This document shows, in pieces, positions 61,300-64,000 of a stretch of DNA of 64,000 nt; the first letter of the stretch is position 1, and each line of letters begins with the position of its first letter. The stretch comes from Pseudovirgaria hyperparasitica (lineage: Eukaryota). The stretch is taken from the NCBI GenBank assembly GCA_010093815.1, contig ML996576.1. The stretch is one strand, 5' to 3'. The notes under the pieces were generated by a model. That model did not search any database and had not been told where the DNA came from. It saw nothing but the letters and a program-made list of their open reading frames with translations. A program made the translations under genes and the position numbers.

Positions 61300-62755
61300 G
61301 CTGAATATGGAAAGCAAGAAAAGGCTGCACCACTATAGCTGATGTTTGTAGGTAACGGTAGGGTTGAAAGATTCAGAGTGGAATTTATGAAGTCGTTATG
61401 CGTATTCTAAATTCGGTGTATGTAAGGACTGGGTAATTACCTGCATGCAGGGATTAGGGCAATATAAGTGTACTATTTACCGATGTTGTTGGCGGGACAA
61501 CGGTTTCGGCCAGGAACCTTAGCGAGCAACGTCACTGCAGTGTTCTGCATGTTATAAGACGACGTCCCGTTTGTCTATGCTATTCTAGAGTCTAATTGAC
61601 AAATGCTTCGTAGATGTGTCTCAAGTCAACAAACGCAAGATATATTGTGTAGGTTCCTAAGTAGGATGTGGACTTTGATAGGTTTCGTGGCAATAATGGA
61701 AATTCATTGCTTTGTCGGCTTGTCTTCAACTTATTTTGCATGGCACTAACAGCAACATAAATGTTTAAGGATTGTTGGATGTGGTACCAGCATGGCACCC
61801 AAGGATGAAGATTATACGAGTCGTGAGCTGGCGGCGCGTAGTCGTGAAATCGACCTAGAAGCAAGCTGCTTGTTAACAATGAACCTCATATACCTGAACA
61901 TGGTATTGCATATTCGTCCATCTATCAACAGCAGATTAACCTGCTGCCCTACGACCAAGCCCATCACTTTGAGCTTTTAGGTGCTGTAACCAGGTAAGTT
62001 GCGGGTCGGCTAAGAAAACAAGGTCACGTGCCGATTGCTTGATCTGGCGCCCCTTCACTAATTAGGCAGGGTACGGGTAGGTGGGCGCAGAGGTTCTGGC
62101 AATTTGGGCGTCGGGTGCTTTGGGGGCGTTGGTGTACTGTATGTATTAGGTCGCGTTCGTCACCAACGCCCACGACCGCCCGCCCCAGGCCCCAGCCAGC
62201 AAGTGCAAGTGCCAACCCCAACCCTGCGAAAACAATCTCCCAGGCTCCCAACTGCTTCCACTTGACCCGCCCGCCTCAGCGCTATCCACCGTATTGCCCA
62301 GCTACTTGTGACAACTTCTCCATCCAGAATCACGACCACAACGCGTCATGGTCATCAAAATAAGTCGATAAATCATCTCAGCACTACTGGTTTCGTCGTA
62401 ATACGAAGTTTGGTGAGTTTTGCGAGCTGGCAACGCGTTTGATGGTCGCTTGGGTCGTCCATCTGAGGCCCATTCCTCTCCCGCTGCAACGGTGAAAACT
62501 TCACCTCGACCTCACCAAATTCTGCATCCAACTCCGCCAAGACCTCTATTCCAACGCAACTTTCCATCAAAGCCATACTGCGCAGTCATCAAGCTGCAAA
62601 CATTATTGTCTTCACAGCTGTCTTCGAGACTCACGATAAATACAATAACTTGCTATCGCTTTTGATGATCGTTAAACCTTGGCTTTCACCTTTGCCTCGT
62701 TCTATTTCTGCCTCAGACACTCAGGCATCCAGGCAGGCAGATTATCCACATTATC

Positions 62756-64000
62756 ATGGCGCAGCGAGTAACTGGCCAGCGCTTTCGACAGCGCAAGCTT
62801 TCCACAAAGCAGAGCTTGCCAGTATTGCGAGAGAGCGAAGTTGACGGTCTCGTCGATGATGAAGCGCAAAGGCATGTCCCAAGAGTAGAAACTGGTGTTG
62901 AAAAGGCTGAAGAGACTGTGCGTAATAGCTCCTGATAATTTTTAAGATGCCTATCGTTGACAGCCAACAGGAACATCATCTGCAAGCTGTGATATCTGCT
63001 TCTGCCGCTGCTGCCGTGGGTGGCAAGGTTGCACAACTTTACATACCTACTCCTGATGTTGTGCAGAATGAGAAGCAGTACGACAAGCTTTATCCTAAAG
63101 CTTTCAAACAGCCTGCAACTTACATTCGTACCTCCTCGACCGTTGAGGACGGAACGGGATGTCCATACACTGCGGACCACAGTGATTTCGTATTTCTGAA
63201 GGTTGCGAACCAGAGGAACGAAAAGTTGAAATGCACCGTGGATGAGTTCGAGATATTGATGAATTCGTTTGAAGAGACAGCTGCTTCGAAACAGCCTTAT
63301 GCTGCTGTCAGTAACGCTCCAGTACTTTCATATGACGACGTGGAAGCAGCGATGAGCGACGAAGTTCCCGAGGAAGCTCGGACATTCGCCAAAGTGGTAT
63401 ATGAGCATTGGAAGTCAAGGAGGGTAGCGAACGGTAATCGTTCATTGTCACCATCTTTGAAATTTGAGACCAATGTAGAAACGGACGACGCAGACCCCTA
63501 TGTTTGCTTCAGACGCAGAGAGGTCCGGCAGACACGGAAGACTCGCGGCCGAGATGCACAAGCCACTGAAAAGTGCAATACATTAAGGTGGCAACTTGAG
63601 CAGGCTCGAGATCTCATGCGCAAGACTGTTATCAAGGTGCAAACAGATCATAAGGCGCTTCTGCTCGAGCGAGACGTGTTCCTGCAAAGGAAGGCCGTCA
63701 GGGAGATGAGACGAACCCTTAACATTAAAGGCGACGATGACGACCTCATCAACCAGAAAGTGAGTACCGGCAGACCATATCACAGTCACAGATTGTTGAC
63801 ACCTTCCAGCCTGCACAGAAGCCCAAGCCCAAGGCCGAGCCGAATATGGCACAGCGTGGTGTACCAGGTTTGGGTGTGAAGACGCCCTTGCCACGTGCTG
63901 ACGGTCGTCCTTTCGACTCCGATCTTCTTTCCCTGCAAGACCAGAAGGCAAGAAAGAAGGAATCGATCACATCGTTTATCGATGACAACTTGAACAAGCA
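62756..64000 (+). CDS. EPL1: Enhancer of polycomb-like protein 1 (NuA4 subunit), 3'-truncated. Exons 62756-62917, 62971-63759, 63810->64000.
   Basis: RFRQRKLS, VETGVEKAEET|EHHLQAVI, YIPTPD, PATYIR.SSTVED and DADPYVCFRRREVRQTRKTR; canonical introns. Confidence 0.93.

Noticed and set aside
37285..64000. Apparent cluster of transcription and chromatin regulators (AZF1, TUP1, SIZ1, EPL1)
   Set aside because: They are interspersed with unrelated genes (MBOAT, UreF, DUF2423, Spo12), with no sequence evidence of co-regulation.

Overview
Intron-rich, gene-dense eukaryotic DNA from a filamentous ascomycete (Pezizomycotina; class not determinable here), with GT-AG introns of about 45-60 nt and CTRAY branch points. 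Most of the window is conserved core genes: 3' part of SEC8, a DUF4203-type membrane protein, an ERF4/golgin-A7 protein, a V-ATPase subunit f/RNase-kappa-like microprotein, FYV10, BMT5, two MBOAT_2/wax-synthase acyltransferases, an SDR, an AZF1-type C2H2 factor, TUP1/rco-1, a SIZ/PIAS SUMO ligase, a DUF2423 protein, UreF, a Spo12-family protein and the 5' part of EPL1. An AT-richer accessory island at about 23.2-35.4 kb holds a highly reducing PKS (KS-AT-DH-cMT-ER-KR-ACP) broken by one in-frame TAA inside the DH domain. It also holds a divergently transcribed alpha/beta-hydrolase (trans-acting thiohydrolase/polyketide-transferase type), a secreted M35-like protein that has lost HExxH, and a TpA-rich RIP-like relic bounded by perfect 15-bp inverted repeats. 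The most unexplained element is an apparently spliced, non-coding minus-strand locus at about 10.7-12.3 kb with three long stem-loop domains. All calls come from manual reading and remembered family motifs; no database search or folding program was run.
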